A stretch of DNA of 64,000 nt from an uncultured Chloroflexia bacterium. Lineage in GTDB: Bacteria > Chloroflexota > Anaerolineae > Anaerolineales > UBA4823. Where the stretch lies: assembly GCA_963705155.1 (NCBI GenBank), contig CAVPJC010000001.1, forward strand, positions 292,392-356,391, read 5' to 3'. The notes beneath the pieces were generated by a model that saw only the letters and a list, made by a program, of their open reading frames with translations, was not told the origin of the DNA and searched no databases. Positions 7,796-17,253 of the stretch are shown here, piece after piece. How positions within the stretch are numbered: the stretch's first letter is position 1; each line of letters opens with the position of its first letter. The translations under genes were made by a program, and so were the position numbers.

Positions 7796-9175
7796 TTGCT
7801 CAAACCCGGGCAAGATTTGCTGAGCTTTATTATTAAGCAGAGAAAGGGTCCCACTCAGTTCCTGGTCACTTACCTGGTCGGGCTCCTGCAGCCAGAATAT
7901 CAAAATAACTTCCTGACCCGGCTGCCTTTTGCCCTTGCCGGCATCCTGGCGGTCGGAGTTTTTTATCAGGTTATCCAGCTTCATTATGGTAAAAAAATTG
8001 GATTGTTTGCTGCCCTGTTTTTCAGCCTGAACGGTATCTTTATTGGATTATCAAGAATAGCGCAGTACCAATCGCTGGTTCTCCTGTTTTCTGTCTTGAC
8101 CTTATATTTCTTCAGTCTCGCAGCAAAAGAAAACCGCCTGAAAATTGGCGGTATCTATCTGGGAGTGTGCTGCTGGGCGGCCGCGCTGCTCACACACTAT
8201 GACGGCATCTTTATTGCTCCTTATGCAATTTATCTGCTCATCCGCTGGTACAAAGCCCCGTCGCACATCGCCTCTCGGGAAAAAGGCAAACACCTGGTTC
8301 TGGCTTCTGCCCTTTTTACGATCCTGCTGATCATCTTCTTCATTCCTTTCGGTCTTTCAGTATCCAACGCTACCCAGAGTTACTGGTTGGAACGATTGAT
8401 GGGCGAAGGCGCCGCCGATCAGCTCCCCAGTTCCATCATCACATTCACACTGTATAATCCCACAATTATCCTTTATATTGATCTGCTTCTGGTACTCTCT
8501 GCACTGGTGTACGCAAAATCACTGCTCCCGGTCATCTTGTGGGCAATTCTCCCCTGGAGTGTTTTGGAAATTCTGGTGTTTGACCCCGGGACTCACATCT
8601 ACAACTACCTGTTGCCGGCCTGTGTCATGCTGGCGTTTGGTTTGAAAACCCTTGAAACCGCGCTCAACACAATGATTAAAGGTCGGGCAAGGTTGGTTCT
8701 AACCACCGCACTGCCAGCCAGTTTATTTGTATTCCTGTTCATGGTTGCCCACCTGATTTTTATCGATCATACTCCCGAGTACCCCTGGAATAATCGCGGT
8801 ATCCTTGGCTGGGTGGTTGGCTTGCCAGATGAAAAATACCGGGTATGGCCGTATGGTTTTCCGTATAACCGACGATGGGATGAGATTGGCGATTTTGTAA
8901 AATTGGACCAGAACAGTACTTATTACAGCACCAACGAAAACAAGTCCATAGCCAGCTATCATATCCCCTATCCATTTGATATCGATAAAGCCGGATATTA
9001 CATTCATATCTACCACCCTCAGAGCCTGCATGACCGGATAGCCAGCGATAAAATCCGCTACTGGCTCAAAAATCATCCCCCGCTCAAAGTATTCAAAGTC
9101 AACAACCAGGTCGTCTCCGAAATTTACTTCATGCCCGCTGGTAGTTTTGAAGAGATCCGCCAGGCCGGGTATTGA
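7796..9175 (+). CDS. Polytopic membrane glycosyltransferase, GT39/ArnT/PMT-like (true start probably upstream)
   Basis: The protein has many TM helices. The frame is open back to 7637 and there encodes a TM1 plus a GDEIKA loop (the DE motif of GT-C enzymes), but no ATG/GTG/TTG occurs before TTG 7796. GC is about 45% versus about 62% in the flanks. Confidence 0.65.
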   Translation: MLKPGQDLLSFIIKQRKGPTQFLVTYLVGLLQPEYQNNFLTRLPFALAGILAVGVFYQVIQLHYGKKIGLFAALFFSLNGIFIGLSRIAQYQSLVLLFSVLTLYFFSLAAKENRLKIGGIYLGVCCWAAALLTHYDGIFIAPYAIYLLIRWYKAPSHIASREKGKHLVLASALFTILLIIFFIPFGLSVSNATQSYWLERLMGEGAADQLPSSIITFTLYNPTIILYIDLLLVLSALVYAKSLLPVILWAILPWSVLEILVFDPGTHIYNYLLPACVMLAFGLKTLETALNTMIKGRARLVLTTALPASLFVFLFMVAHLIFIDHTPEYPWNNRGILGWVVGLPDEKYRVWPYGFPYNRRWDEIGDFVKLDQNSTYYSTNENKSIASYHIPYPFDIDKAGYYIHIYHPQSLHDRIASDKIRYWLKNHPPLKVFKVNNQVVSEIYFMPAGSFEEIRQAGY

Positions 9176-9200
9176 GTCGCTGGATAAACCCTCCTAAATC

Positions 9201-11081
9201 TCACAGGCAGCCCTCCACAATTTCGGCTGCCAGGTCAAAGCGGCTGAACTGCGGCATAAGGTACACGCCGCTGGCCCAGGTGCGCATCTGCTCGATGAGA
9301 TCCAGGGCAATGCGCACACCTTCCTGTGGCGCCTTCTCACCGGCTGAACGCACACGGCGTTGAATTTCATCAGGGATGGAAACCCCGGGGACTTCGTTGT
9401 GCAAAAAGGCGGCATGCCGGGCGCTGTACAACGGCAGCACTCCCGCCAGCACAGGTATTTCCAGCAAGCCGTGCTGCATTTCATAGGCTTTGATGAAATC
9501 CGCTGCCTGCTCCGGCTGGTACACCGGCTGGGTCAGCAAAAAATCCGCCCCGGCTCTCAGTTTACGGCGCAAGTTCTTTATTTCCTGTTCGGGGTCCTGC
9601 GGGGCCAGATTCAGGGCGCAGCCCACAAAGAAGGAGGTCGGCTGGCCGATATCCACGCCGGCATGATCCAGACCGGCATTGAAATTTTGCTTGATCAGCT
9701 TGATCAAGCCGGACGGCACCAGGTCGTAATTATCCATAGCTTCGGGGTAATCACCGATGGCGGTCGGGTCGCCCATCACCACAAACACATTGCGAATGCC
9801 CAGAGCGTGGGCAGCCAGCAGGTCGCCCTGCACACGCAGAAGGTTGCGGCCGCGCGTGGGGAAGTGCAGGGTGGTTTCAATCTTAAATTCGCGCTGGATG
9901 ATGCTGCACACCGCCCACGGGCTCATACGCATGCGCGCCATGGGGCTGTCGGCAATGTTGATTACATCGGCTCCGGCTTCCGCCAGCAGGCTGGCGCCCG
10001 CGATGAGCTTGTGGGTCGAAAGGCCGCGCGGCGGGTCCATCTCCACCGAGACCACAAATTTTCCCGCAGACAGTTTTTGCGCCAGGCGGGAGGGATGCTC
10101 GGCCAGAGAAGGGCGCTCTTCCGCCTCCACCGGCAGCGCCGGCTCACCCATCGAGATGGTTTGACCGGCAGCGATTTTCTCCAAAGCCGCGCCCAATGCA
10201 GCAATATGGGCAGGCGTGGTGCCGCAGCAGCCGCCCACCAGGCTGGCGCCCGCTTCGTAAAAGGCCTGGGCGTATTCGCCAAAATAGTCCGGGTTGGCCG
10301 GGTACATGATGCGCCCGCCTACCTGTTCGGGCCAGCCGGCGTTGGGCATCACCGAAAAACGCATTCCGGGCGCAGCCAGGCGCATTTGCTTTAAGATGCG
10401 CCAGATCTGCGCCGGGCCTTCCGAGCAGTTCACACCGATCACATCTACAGCCAGACCGGCCAGCTCAAGGGCCACTTTTTCAGGGCTGTCGCCCAGCAGG
10501 GTGCGGTCGTCACGGGTGAAGGTCATCGAGGCCGCTACCGGCAGAGTGCACACCTGGCGGGCGGCAGCTACCGCCTCACGCACTTCATACAGGTCGCTGA
10601 AAGTCTCGATGAAAATCAGGTCGGCGCCGGCCTGTGCCAGAGCGCCGATTTGCTCTGCAAAAGCCTGGCGCGCTTGCTCGGGCTGCACCCTGCCGAAGGG
10701 CGCCAGGCGCACTCCCAGCGGACCCACATCGCCTGCCACCAGCACATCCCGGCCCGCCGCCAACCCCGCCTGCCGGACCAGCTCCACACCGGAGCGGTTG
10801 ATCTCCTTCAACCGGCGCTCCAACCCGTGAGCCGCCAGCTTGAATCGGTTGGCCCCAAAGGTGTTGGTCTGGATGATGCGCGCTCCGGCATCTATATACG
10901 CCCGGTGCACCTCGCTTACCAGTGCAGGGTTTTCCAGGTTGAGAGCGTCAAAACATGCCTCGAAACCCACCCCGCGGGCGTTCAGCATGGTACCCATGGC
11001 GCCGTCACCCAGCAGAGGGATCGAAGAAATGGATAGAAGTTCTAGAAATTTTGAAACCGGCTGCACATCACTCTCGATCAT
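9201..11081 (-). CDS. Bifunctional homocysteine S-methyltransferase / methylenetetrahydrofolate reductase (YitJ-like)
   Basis: The N-terminal domain is LLGDGAMGTML...TNTFGAN...GGCCGTTPAHI (Zn-dependent Hcy methyltransferase). The C-terminal MTHFR domain is VSVEMDPPRG...HFPTRGRN. GAGGAA lies upstream of ATG 11081. Confidence 0.85.
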   Translation of the reverse strand: MIESDVQPVSKFLELLSISSIPLLGDGAMGTMLNARGVGFEACFDALNLENPALVSEVHRAYIDAGARIIQTNTFGANRFKLAAHGLERRLKEINRSGVELVRQAGLAAGRDVLVAGDVGPLGVRLAPFGRVQPEQARQAFAEQIGALAQAGADLIFIETFSDLYEVREAVAAARQVCTLPVAASMTFTRDDRTLLGDSPEKVALELAGLAVDVIGVNCSEGPAQIWRILKQMRLAAPGMRFSVMPNAGWPEQVGGRIMYPANPDYFGEYAQAFYEAGASLVGGCCGTTPAHIAALGAALEKIAAGQTISMGEPALPVEAEERPSLAEHPSRLAQKLSAGKFVVSVEMDPPRGLSTHKLIAGASLLAEAGADVINIADSPMARMRMSPWAVCSIIQREFKIETTLHFPTRGRNLLRVQGDLLAAHALGIRNVFVVMGDPTAIGDYPEAMDNYDLVPSGLIKLIKQNFNAGLDHAGVDIGQPTSFFVGCALNLAPQDPEQEIKNLRRKLRAGADFLLTQPVYQPEQAADFIKAYEMQHGLLEIPVLAGVLPLYSARHAAFLHNEVPGVSIPDEIQRRVRSAGEKAPQEGVRIALDLIEQMRTWASGVYLMPQFSRFDLAAEIVEGCL

Positions 11082-11168
11082 CGGTAATGATTCCTCACGC
11101 TGTGGTTCTCCCGGCATGCAATCAGCCGGTCTCCCATTTTATCATCCTGTGACGCGCAGAGGGCGGAC

Positions 11169-11196
11169 TTGACTTTCAAACTGCCGGAACTATAAT
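11169..11196 (+). promoter_or_regulatory. Candidate sigma-70 promoter for the isochorismatase-family gene
   Basis: TTGACT at 11169-11174, a 16-nt spacer, TATAAT at 11191-11196, then AAGGAG and ATG 11221. Confidence 0.45.
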
Positions 11197-11220
11197 CAAA
11201 ACATAAAAAAGGAGCGGCCC

Positions 11221-11754
11221 ATGCTCAGCTTGCAAAATAACACCGCTCTGCTGGTCATCGATGTCCAACAGGGCTTGTTTAGAAAGAGCATTCCAATCTT
11301 TAGAGCCAATGAGCTCTTGGTAAAGATCAACACCCTGATTGACAGCGCCCACCAGGCCGGAGCTCCCGTGTTCTTTGTACAGCATTCCAACCAGAAAATC
11401 CTGGTGTACGGCTCAGATGACTGGCAATTGCACCCGCAGCTCCAGCCCGGCCCGCAAGATTGCACCATCCATAAGCAACATGGCAACGCCTTTGAAGAGA
11501 CCAACCTGCAGGAAGAATTGAAGGCAAGGTACATCGACACACTGGTGGTAACCGGGTTGGTCACGCACGGCTGCGTGAAGGCCACCTGTCTGGGAGGGAA
11601 AGAGCTGGGGTATCGCGTGATCCTGGTTGAAGATGGACACAGCAGCTACAGCAAAGACGCCGCCCGGCTGATCGAGGAGTGGAACCAAAAACTGGCTCAG
11701 GGGATTGTCGAGTTGAGATCGACTGCCGAGATAACTTTTGCGGTTGCAGCTTGA
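11221..11754 (+). CDS. Isochorismatase-family cysteine hydrolase
   Basis: ALLVIDVQQGLF..., LVVTGLVTHGCVKATC (catalytic Cys context), 177 aa. Confidence 0.85.
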   Translation: MLSLQNNTALLVIDVQQGLFRKSIPIFRANELLVKINTLIDSAHQAGAPVFFVQHSNQKILVYGSDDWQLHPQLQPGPQDCTIHKQHGNAFEETNLQEELKARYIDTLVVTGLVTHGCVKATCLGGKELGYRVILVEDGHSSYSKDAARLIEEWNQKLAQGIVELRSTAEITFAVAA

Positions 11755-11933
11755 GCCGCCGGAGCGTGCTGGCAAACGGATGGGCTCCAGGTGAATGGCT
11801 CGGGCCGTTGTCCGGTTGTTTTCCTTGTCCCGATGCCCACAAATATGATACCGTGATGTGTTGACGGTATAATATACCCACATTAAGCTTTCTCTTTAAC
11901 CATAGAAATTTATCTAACCGGTGCTGGTTACCT

Positions 11934-12920
11934 GTGGCTGCGATTGAACCGATCAGAAATTTTGAGCAGTTGAAAGTCCTGGCAGATCCGCGCCGGCTTT
12001 CCATTTTGCGCCGCCTGATGGCCGCCCCGGCTACCCTCACCCAACTTGGTCACGCCCTCGGCGAACATCCGGCCTGGATTCGCCACCACCTCAAACAACT
12101 GGAACGGGTGGGCCTGGTGGAAATGGTGGATGTGCAGGTCACCGGGGGTTTCGTTGAAAAATTTTACCGCGCCCGCGCCCGCGCTTTCATCTTCCAGGAA
12201 CTGATCCTGCCCGACAACCCATCTCGCGAGACCGTCTTGCTCTCCGGCAGCCACGACCTGGCCGTGGAGCTGCTCGCCCAGGCCCCAAAGGGCGATCTGG
12301 ATCTGCTCGTTATGCCGGTTGGCAGCCTCGATGGCCTGGTGGCTCTGCGCCAGGGCACCTGTCAGATTGCCGGCAGCCACCTGCTGGACCCCGTCAGCGG
12401 CGAATTCAACACCAGCTACGTGCGCCACCTGTTCCCCGACCGGGAGATGTCTATCATCACCCTGGCAGAGCGTGAGCAGGGCCTGTTGGTGCTGCCGGGC
12501 AACCCGCGCCAGATCCTGGGGATACAAGACCTGCCCAACGAGAACATTTCCCTGGTTAACCGCAACCGCGGCTCCGGCACGCGCCTGTGGTTGGATACAC
12601 ATTTCAAGCGCAGTGGTATCCAACCTGAACAGGTGCGCGGCTACCATTACCAGGTGCGCACCCATACCGATGTCGCCCTGGCTATCCGCCAGGGGCGCGC
12701 CGATGCCGGCCTCGGCATCCGTGCCGCTGCCCGCCAGTTTGGCCTGGATTTTATTCCCCTCTTCCAGGAGCGCTACGATCTGGTCCTGACCCGTGAGCAG
12801 TTGGATAACACGCGCATCCACCCGCTCTTCGAATACCTGGTGAGCAAAGAATTCCGCCGCAACGTGGAAGCACTCGGCGGGTACAACACAGCCCATACGG
12901 GTAACCGCACCGATCTCTAG
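11934..12920 (+). CDS. ArsR-type HTH fused to a periplasmic-binding-protein-like (molybdate/anion-binding type) domain
   Basis: The N-terminus is LADPRRLSILRRLMAAPATLTQLGHALGEHPAWIRHHLKQLERVGLV (an ArsR wHTH). The C-terminal ~230 aa are PBP-like (GSHDLAVELL...GSGTRLWLD...). Confidence 0.75.
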   Translation: MAAIEPIRNFEQLKVLADPRRLSILRRLMAAPATLTQLGHALGEHPAWIRHHLKQLERVGLVEMVDVQVTGGFVEKFYRARARAFIFQELILPDNPSRETVLLSGSHDLAVELLAQAPKGDLDLLVMPVGSLDGLVALRQGTCQIAGSHLLDPVSGEFNTSYVRHLFPDREMSIITLAEREQGLLVLPGNPRQILGIQDLPNENISLVNRNRGSGTRLWLDTHFKRSGIQPEQVRGYHYQVRTHTDVALAIRQGRADAGLGIRAAARQFGLDFIPLFQERYDLVLTREQLDNTRIHPLFEYLVSKEFRRNVEALGGYNTAHTGNRTDL

Positions 12921-13001
12921 CCTGCTCCTGTCACCGTCAATTTAATATCAAATCAAAAATTAAATATATTAAAATTTGGTTTCATTATTTTAATGATTTC
13001 C

Positions 13002-13029
13002 TTGACTTATTTGCATATTTTGCTATAAT
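13002..13029 (+). promoter_or_regulatory. Candidate sigma-70 promoter in an AT-rich spacer
   Basis: TTGACT at 13002-13007, a 16-nt spacer, TATAAT at 13024-13029. The surrounding 160 bp are strongly AT-rich. Confidence 0.45.
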
Positions 13030-13064
13030 AACATAAAGATCAGTCAGGTAAAGGAAGATTGCCG

Positions 13065-13451
13065 ATGAACAAACTACCAACAGCCTGCCCGCTGTGCGGC
13101 GGCGAGATCTCTGTTACCCGCATTCACTGTTTGGAATGCGATTCAACCATCGAAGGGCGCTTCACGGCCGGCTCTTTTGGTCAGCTCAGCCACGAGCAGC
13201 TTGATTTTATTGAAACGTTCATCCGCTGCGAAGGAAAAATCACGCGCATGGAAACTGAGCTGGGTCTTTCCTACCCCACCATCCGCAACCGCCTGCAAGA
13301 GGTGATCCGCGCCATGGGGTTTGAGCCGGGCGCCGGCGATGAACCCCCGGGTCTGAGCGGTGAAGGGCGTCAGAAGGTTTTGGAAGATCTGGATGCCGGG
13401 CGGATCTCGGTTGAAAAAGCCATGGGCATGCTGCAAGAGCGAGGAGGTTGA
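13065..13451 (+). CDS. DUF2089-type protein (zinc ribbon + HTH, C-terminal SHOCT-like helix pair)
   Basis: MNKLPTACPLCGGEISVTRIHCLECDSTIEG has two CxxC pairs. FIETFIRCEGKITRMETELGLSYPTIRNRL is the HTH. The tail is RQKVLEDLDAGRISVEKAMGMLQE. Confidence 0.8.
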   Translation: MNKLPTACPLCGGEISVTRIHCLECDSTIEGRFTAGSFGQLSHEQLDFIETFIRCEGKITRMETELGLSYPTIRNRLQEVIRAMGFEPGAGDEPPGLSGEGRQKVLEDLDAGRISVEKAMGMLQERGG

Positions 13452-13453
13452 AG

Positions 13454-14719
13454 ATGAGCCAAAAAATGGTTTCGACCGGCCCAACCCCACTTGTGGAAAT
13501 CGATGCTGTACAGGGTGATCTGCAGTTAAAAGGCTGGGAGCGCCAGGAAGTGCTGGTCAAAACAAGCCCCGGGGATGATCCGCTTGTGGAAATGCAGGCC
13601 GATGTGCTGCATATCACCTGTCATGGCGACTGCCTGGTGCGCGTCCCGGAAGAGGCCCGGGTGCAGGTGCACAGCGTCAACGGCAATGCACGTTTCAAGA
13701 TGCTTGAAGACGCCCTCAAAATCGACCTGGTTTCCGGCTCGTTGGAGCTGCGTGATGTAGGCGGCGCCCGGGTTGGCAAAGTCTATGGCGACCTGCTCGC
13801 CCGCCATATCGATGGCGACCTGCAGGTGGAACAGGTGAACGGCAACACCATTGCCAGAGATGTCCAGGGCGCCTGCAGCATTGCCCAGGTGGGAGGCAAT
13901 CTTAAATTGCGGGATGCCGAGGGCAGTGTGGATGTATCTGCCGGTGGCAACGCCAAGATCCAGCTCATGCTGCTCACCGGCGATCATTACGCCATCCATG
14001 CCGGCGGCAACATCTACTGCACCGTTCCCGAAGATGCCGGTCTGCAGGTCGATCTGCACAGCAGCGCCCACACCATCAAGGTGCATATGCCCGATGGCGC
14101 CAGCACGCGCTACGATCAAGACTGCCACCTGCCGCTGGGCAGTGGAGCGTCCATGAAGATCAGCGCCGGCGGGTCGATCCTGTTTGCCTGCCAGGAGATG
14201 GATTGGTCGGATATGGATGAGCTGCAAACCGAATTTGACGACGCCTTTACCGGTTTCACCGAGGAGTTCGGGCAGCATTTTGCCGGGCAGATCGAAGATC
14301 AGGTCCAAACGCAAATGAAGATTTTGGATGAGCAGATGGAGAACCTTTCCCACACCATCGCACAGGCAGGTCTTTCGGCTACAGATACCGAGCGCATTAT
14401 GGAGCGAGCGCGCGCCGCCAGCGAACGCGCCAGTGTCCAGGCCCAGGAAAAAATCCGCCGCGCCCAGGAAAAAATGGAACGCAAACTGGCAGCCGCCCAG
14501 CGCAAAGCCGAGCTGCGCAAAAACGCCCAGGAACGGCGCTCTCAGGAGCAGCGCCGGCGCTCGTGGAATTTCGAATGGTCCGCGCCACCGCCTACGCCGC
14601 CCAAACCCAATGCAGCCGTTGCCGATGAAGAACGCCTGGTGATCCTGCGGATGTTGGAGCAGAAAAAGATCACCCTTGAACAGGCGGAAAGCCTGCTCGC
14701 CGCCCTGGAAAACAGTTAG
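13454..14719 (+). CDS. DUF4097-like beta-helix protein with charged coiled-coil and C-terminal SHOCT-like module
   Basis: There are about 10 degenerate repeats of the VxGxhxhxx type (VNGNARFKM, VSGSLELRD, VGGNLKLRD, AGGNAKIQL...). These are followed by a KR/E-rich stretch, a Pro-rich linker and EERLVILRMLEQKKITLEQAESLLAALE. GAGGAGG lies 7 nt upstream of ATG 13454. Confidence 0.7.
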   Translation: MSQKMVSTGPTPLVEIDAVQGDLQLKGWERQEVLVKTSPGDDPLVEMQADVLHITCHGDCLVRVPEEARVQVHSVNGNARFKMLEDALKIDLVSGSLELRDVGGARVGKVYGDLLARHIDGDLQVEQVNGNTIARDVQGACSIAQVGGNLKLRDAEGSVDVSAGGNAKIQLMLLTGDHYAIHAGGNIYCTVPEDAGLQVDLHSSAHTIKVHMPDGASTRYDQDCHLPLGSGASMKISAGGSILFACQEMDWSDMDELQTEFDDAFTGFTEEFGQHFAGQIEDQVQTQMKILDEQMENLSHTIAQAGLSATDTERIMERARAASERASVQAQEKIRRAQEKMERKLAAAQRKAELRKNAQERRSQEQRRRSWNFEWSAPPPTPPKPNAAVADEERLVILRMLEQKKITLEQAESLLAALENS

Positions 14720-14737
14720 CCGCAAGGTGGATTAAAA

Positions 14738-15463
14738 ATGACCAGCGAAAATGAACGCCGGTTGATCCTGGAGATGATCCAAAGTGGCAAGATCAGCGCC
14801 GATGAAGGCCTGCGCCTGTTGAAAGCCGTGGAAGCCGACCTGCAGTCGCAGGATGAGCCTGCCCTTGGTGAAGGAGCTTATGACGAGCCAGCCGGTGTGC
14901 AAGACCTGGCGCAGCTCAGCCTCACCAGCGCGGCGGCGCAAGAACCTTCGAATGAGGCGGCCGGGGCAGCTCACGACCGCGCCGCTGAGCCCGACCGGCA
15001 AACCCCGGCCTCTTCCATGCCTGATATGGCCCATTGGCGGCGCATGTGGACCATCCCTCTATGGGTTGGGGTCGGCGTCACCGTATTTTCGTCTGTACTG
15101 ATGTACCTGGCTCAACGCGCCAATGGGATTGGTTTCCTTTTCTTTTGCACCTGGCTGCCCTTTTTGCTGGGCCTGACGATCATGATCCTGGCGTTTCAGA
15201 GCCGCTCTGCCCGCTGGCTGCATATCCGCATCCAGCAAAGGCAGGGCGAATGGCCTCAGAATATCGCCATCAGCTTTCCCATCCCCATCGGCCTGACCTC
15301 CTGGTTCCTGCGGAACTTCAAGCACAAGATCCGCGGGTTGGAGCACACTTCGGTGGATGAGCTGATTACAGCGCTTGGCAGCTCGACCGCCCCCGAAAAC
15401 CCGCTCTACGTGGAGGTGAACGAGGGTGAAGACGGCGAAAAGGTACAGATATACATTGGATAG
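14738..15463 (+). CDS. Membrane protein with N-terminal SHOCT-like module
   Basis: The N-terminus is ENERRLILEMIQSGKISADEGLRLLKAVE. An acidic/Ala-rich linker and 2-3 TM helices (IPLWVGVGVTVFSSVLMYL; FLFFCTWLPFLLGLTIMILAF) follow. Confidence 0.65.
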   Translation: MTSENERRLILEMIQSGKISADEGLRLLKAVEADLQSQDEPALGEGAYDEPAGVQDLAQLSLTSAAAQEPSNEAAGAAHDRAAEPDRQTPASSMPDMAHWRRMWTIPLWVGVGVTVFSSVLMYLAQRANGIGFLFFCTWLPFLLGLTIMILAFQSRSARWLHIRIQQRQGEWPQNIAISFPIPIGLTSWFLRNFKHKIRGLEHTSVDELITALGSSTAPENPLYVEVNEGEDGEKVQIYIG

Positions 15464-15499
15464 ACCCTGCGGGGAGGTACGTTAACCAGGAGCAACCTT

Positions 15500-15871
15500 A
15501 TGGCAACTACTGAAGAACGATTGAAAATCCTAAAAATGATTGATGAAGGCAAAATATCCGCCGAAGAAGGCGCCCGGCTGCTGGCGGCCCTATCGCAAGG
15601 CCAAAAGCCTGAGCGCAAGGCTGCCACGCGCGGCGTCGCAGGGGCGCGCTGGCTGCGTGTGCGCGTGACCGATGTGCTCACCGGCAAGCCCAAAGCAACG
15701 GTCAACCTACCCATGGGGCTGGTGGACGCCGGGCTCAACATCGCCGCCCAGTATGCCCCGGGGATTGCCTTTGATGAGCTGCTCCAGGCCATCAATGCCG
15801 GCGCTGAGGGCAAGATCATCGACGTGGTAGATGAAGAAGACGGCGAGCACGTAGAAATCTTTATCGAGTAG
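15500..15871 (+). CDS. Small soluble protein with N-terminal SHOCT-like module
   Basis: The N-terminus is TEERLKILKMIDEGKISAEEGARLLAALSQ. The C-terminal ~80 aa resemble the C-terminus of the preceding gene (...EDGEHVEIFIE versus ...EDGEKVQIYIG). Confidence 0.65.
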   Translation: MATTEERLKILKMIDEGKISAEEGARLLAALSQGQKPERKAATRGVAGARWLRVRVTDVLTGKPKATVNLPMGLVDAGLNIAAQYAPGIAFDELLQAINAGAEGKIIDVVDEEDGEHVEIFIE

Positions 15872-15875
15872 GTGC

Positions 15876-17249
15876 ATGGTGGAACAAAAAAAACAGCCCG
15901 CTGGTATGGTTGGTTTTACAGTTGTCTGGTTCGGACAAATCATTTCATTGGTCGGCACCAACATGTCGGGGTTTGCCCTCACCATCTGGGCCTACGAAAT
16001 CACCGGAAAAGCCACCGCACTGGCGTTGGTGGGTTTTTTCTTCGTCACCCCCATGCTGCTCTTCAGCCCGCTGGCCGGGGCGATTGTAGACCGCTCCAAT
16101 CGCAAGCTGATGATGATGCTCAGCGATCTGGCTTCCGGCCTGGCCACGGTGGGCATCCTCATTCTGTACCTGGCCGGCGATCTGCAAATCTGGCACCTGT
16201 ACATTGCCGCCGTGATCCAGGGCACCTTCCAAACCTTCCAGTGGCCGGCCTATTCTGCTGCCATCAGCACCATGCTGCCCAAAGAGCAGTACGGCCGCGC
16301 CAACGGTATGATGTCGCTGGCCGAATCCGGCTCGAATATCTTTGCCCCGTTGATGGCGGGTGCGCTGTTGGGCGTCATCGGCCTGGGCGGAATCCTGACC
16401 ATCGATATCATCACCTTCGTTTTTGCCATTGGGGCCTTATTGGTCGTGCACATTCCTCAACCGCGCCGCACCGAAGAAGGCCAGAAAGGCCAGGGCAGCA
16501 TCTGGAAAGAGGCCGCTTATGGCTTTCGCTATATCCTTGACCGACCCAGCCTCCTGGGGCTGCAGATCGTCTTCCTGCTGGGTAATTTCTTCGTTGGCAT
16601 CCCTTTTGCCATCCTGGCGCCCATGATCCTTGCCCGCACCGGCAACAATGAGCTGATCTTCGGCAGCGTTAGCTCTGCCGGCGCCGTCGGCGGCGTGGTG
16701 GGCGGGCTGGTGATGAGCGCCTGGGGCGGCCCCAAACGCCGTGTGCATGGCGTGCTGGCGGGTTGGGCCATCTCCAGCCTGTTTGGCCTTGTGTTCATGG
16801 GGCTGGGACGCGGCCTGGTGGTTTGGCTGGCAGCCAGTTTCTTCACAGCCTTCTTTGTCCCGATTATCAATGGCTCCAACCAGGCCATCTGGCAGGCCAA
16901 GGTCGCCCCCGATATTCAGGGACGCGTCTTTTCCATCCGCCGGCTGATTGCCTGGTTTGTCAACCCGCTTTCTATGCTCATCGCCGGCCCGCTGGCCGAC
17001 CTGGCCCTAGAACCTGCCATGCAGGAGGGCGGCAGCCTGGCAAGCAGCCTGGGCTGGCTGGTGGGAGTGGGCCCGGGAGCAGGTATGGCCCTGGTTTTCA
17101 TCTTCTGCGGCGCCATGGCCACCCTGGTGGGGATCGGCGGCTATGCCTTTCGCATGGTGCGCGATGTCGAAGTGCTCCTGCCTGATCACGACACGCTGGC
17201 AGACGCGCAGCCAGGCGTAGACGTAGAAACGAGCCCCGCCGTGGCGTAG
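15876..17249 (+). CDS. MFS transporter (EntS/macrolide-efflux-like)
   Basis: 457 aa with about 12 TM helices and the GAIVDRSNRKLMMM motif typical of the MFS_3 / enterobactin-exporter-like family. Confidence 0.85.
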   Translation: MVEQKKQPAGMVGFTVVWFGQIISLVGTNMSGFALTIWAYEITGKATALALVGFFFVTPMLLFSPLAGAIVDRSNRKLMMMLSDLASGLATVGILILYLAGDLQIWHLYIAAVIQGTFQTFQWPAYSAAISTMLPKEQYGRANGMMSLAESGSNIFAPLMAGALLGVIGLGGILTIDIITFVFAIGALLVVHIPQPRRTEEGQKGQGSIWKEAAYGFRYILDRPSLLGLQIVFLLGNFFVGIPFAILAPMILARTGNNELIFGSVSSAGAVGGVVGGLVMSAWGGPKRRVHGVLAGWAISSLFGLVFMGLGRGLVVWLAASFFTAFFVPIINGSNQAIWQAKVAPDIQGRVFSIRRLIAWFVNPLSMLIAGPLADLALEPAMQEGGSLASSLGWLVGVGPGAGMALVFIFCGAMATLVGIGGYAFRMVRDVEVLLPDHDTLADAQPGVDVETSPAVA

Positions 17250-17253
17250 CAGA

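Noticed and set aside
11082-11220. A possible SAM or other riboswitch upstream of the homocysteine methyltransferase/MTHFR gene.
   Set aside because: The spacer is only about 140 nt and is shared with a divergent promoter. I could not find SAM-I/II-type conserved helices or any T-box-like motif.
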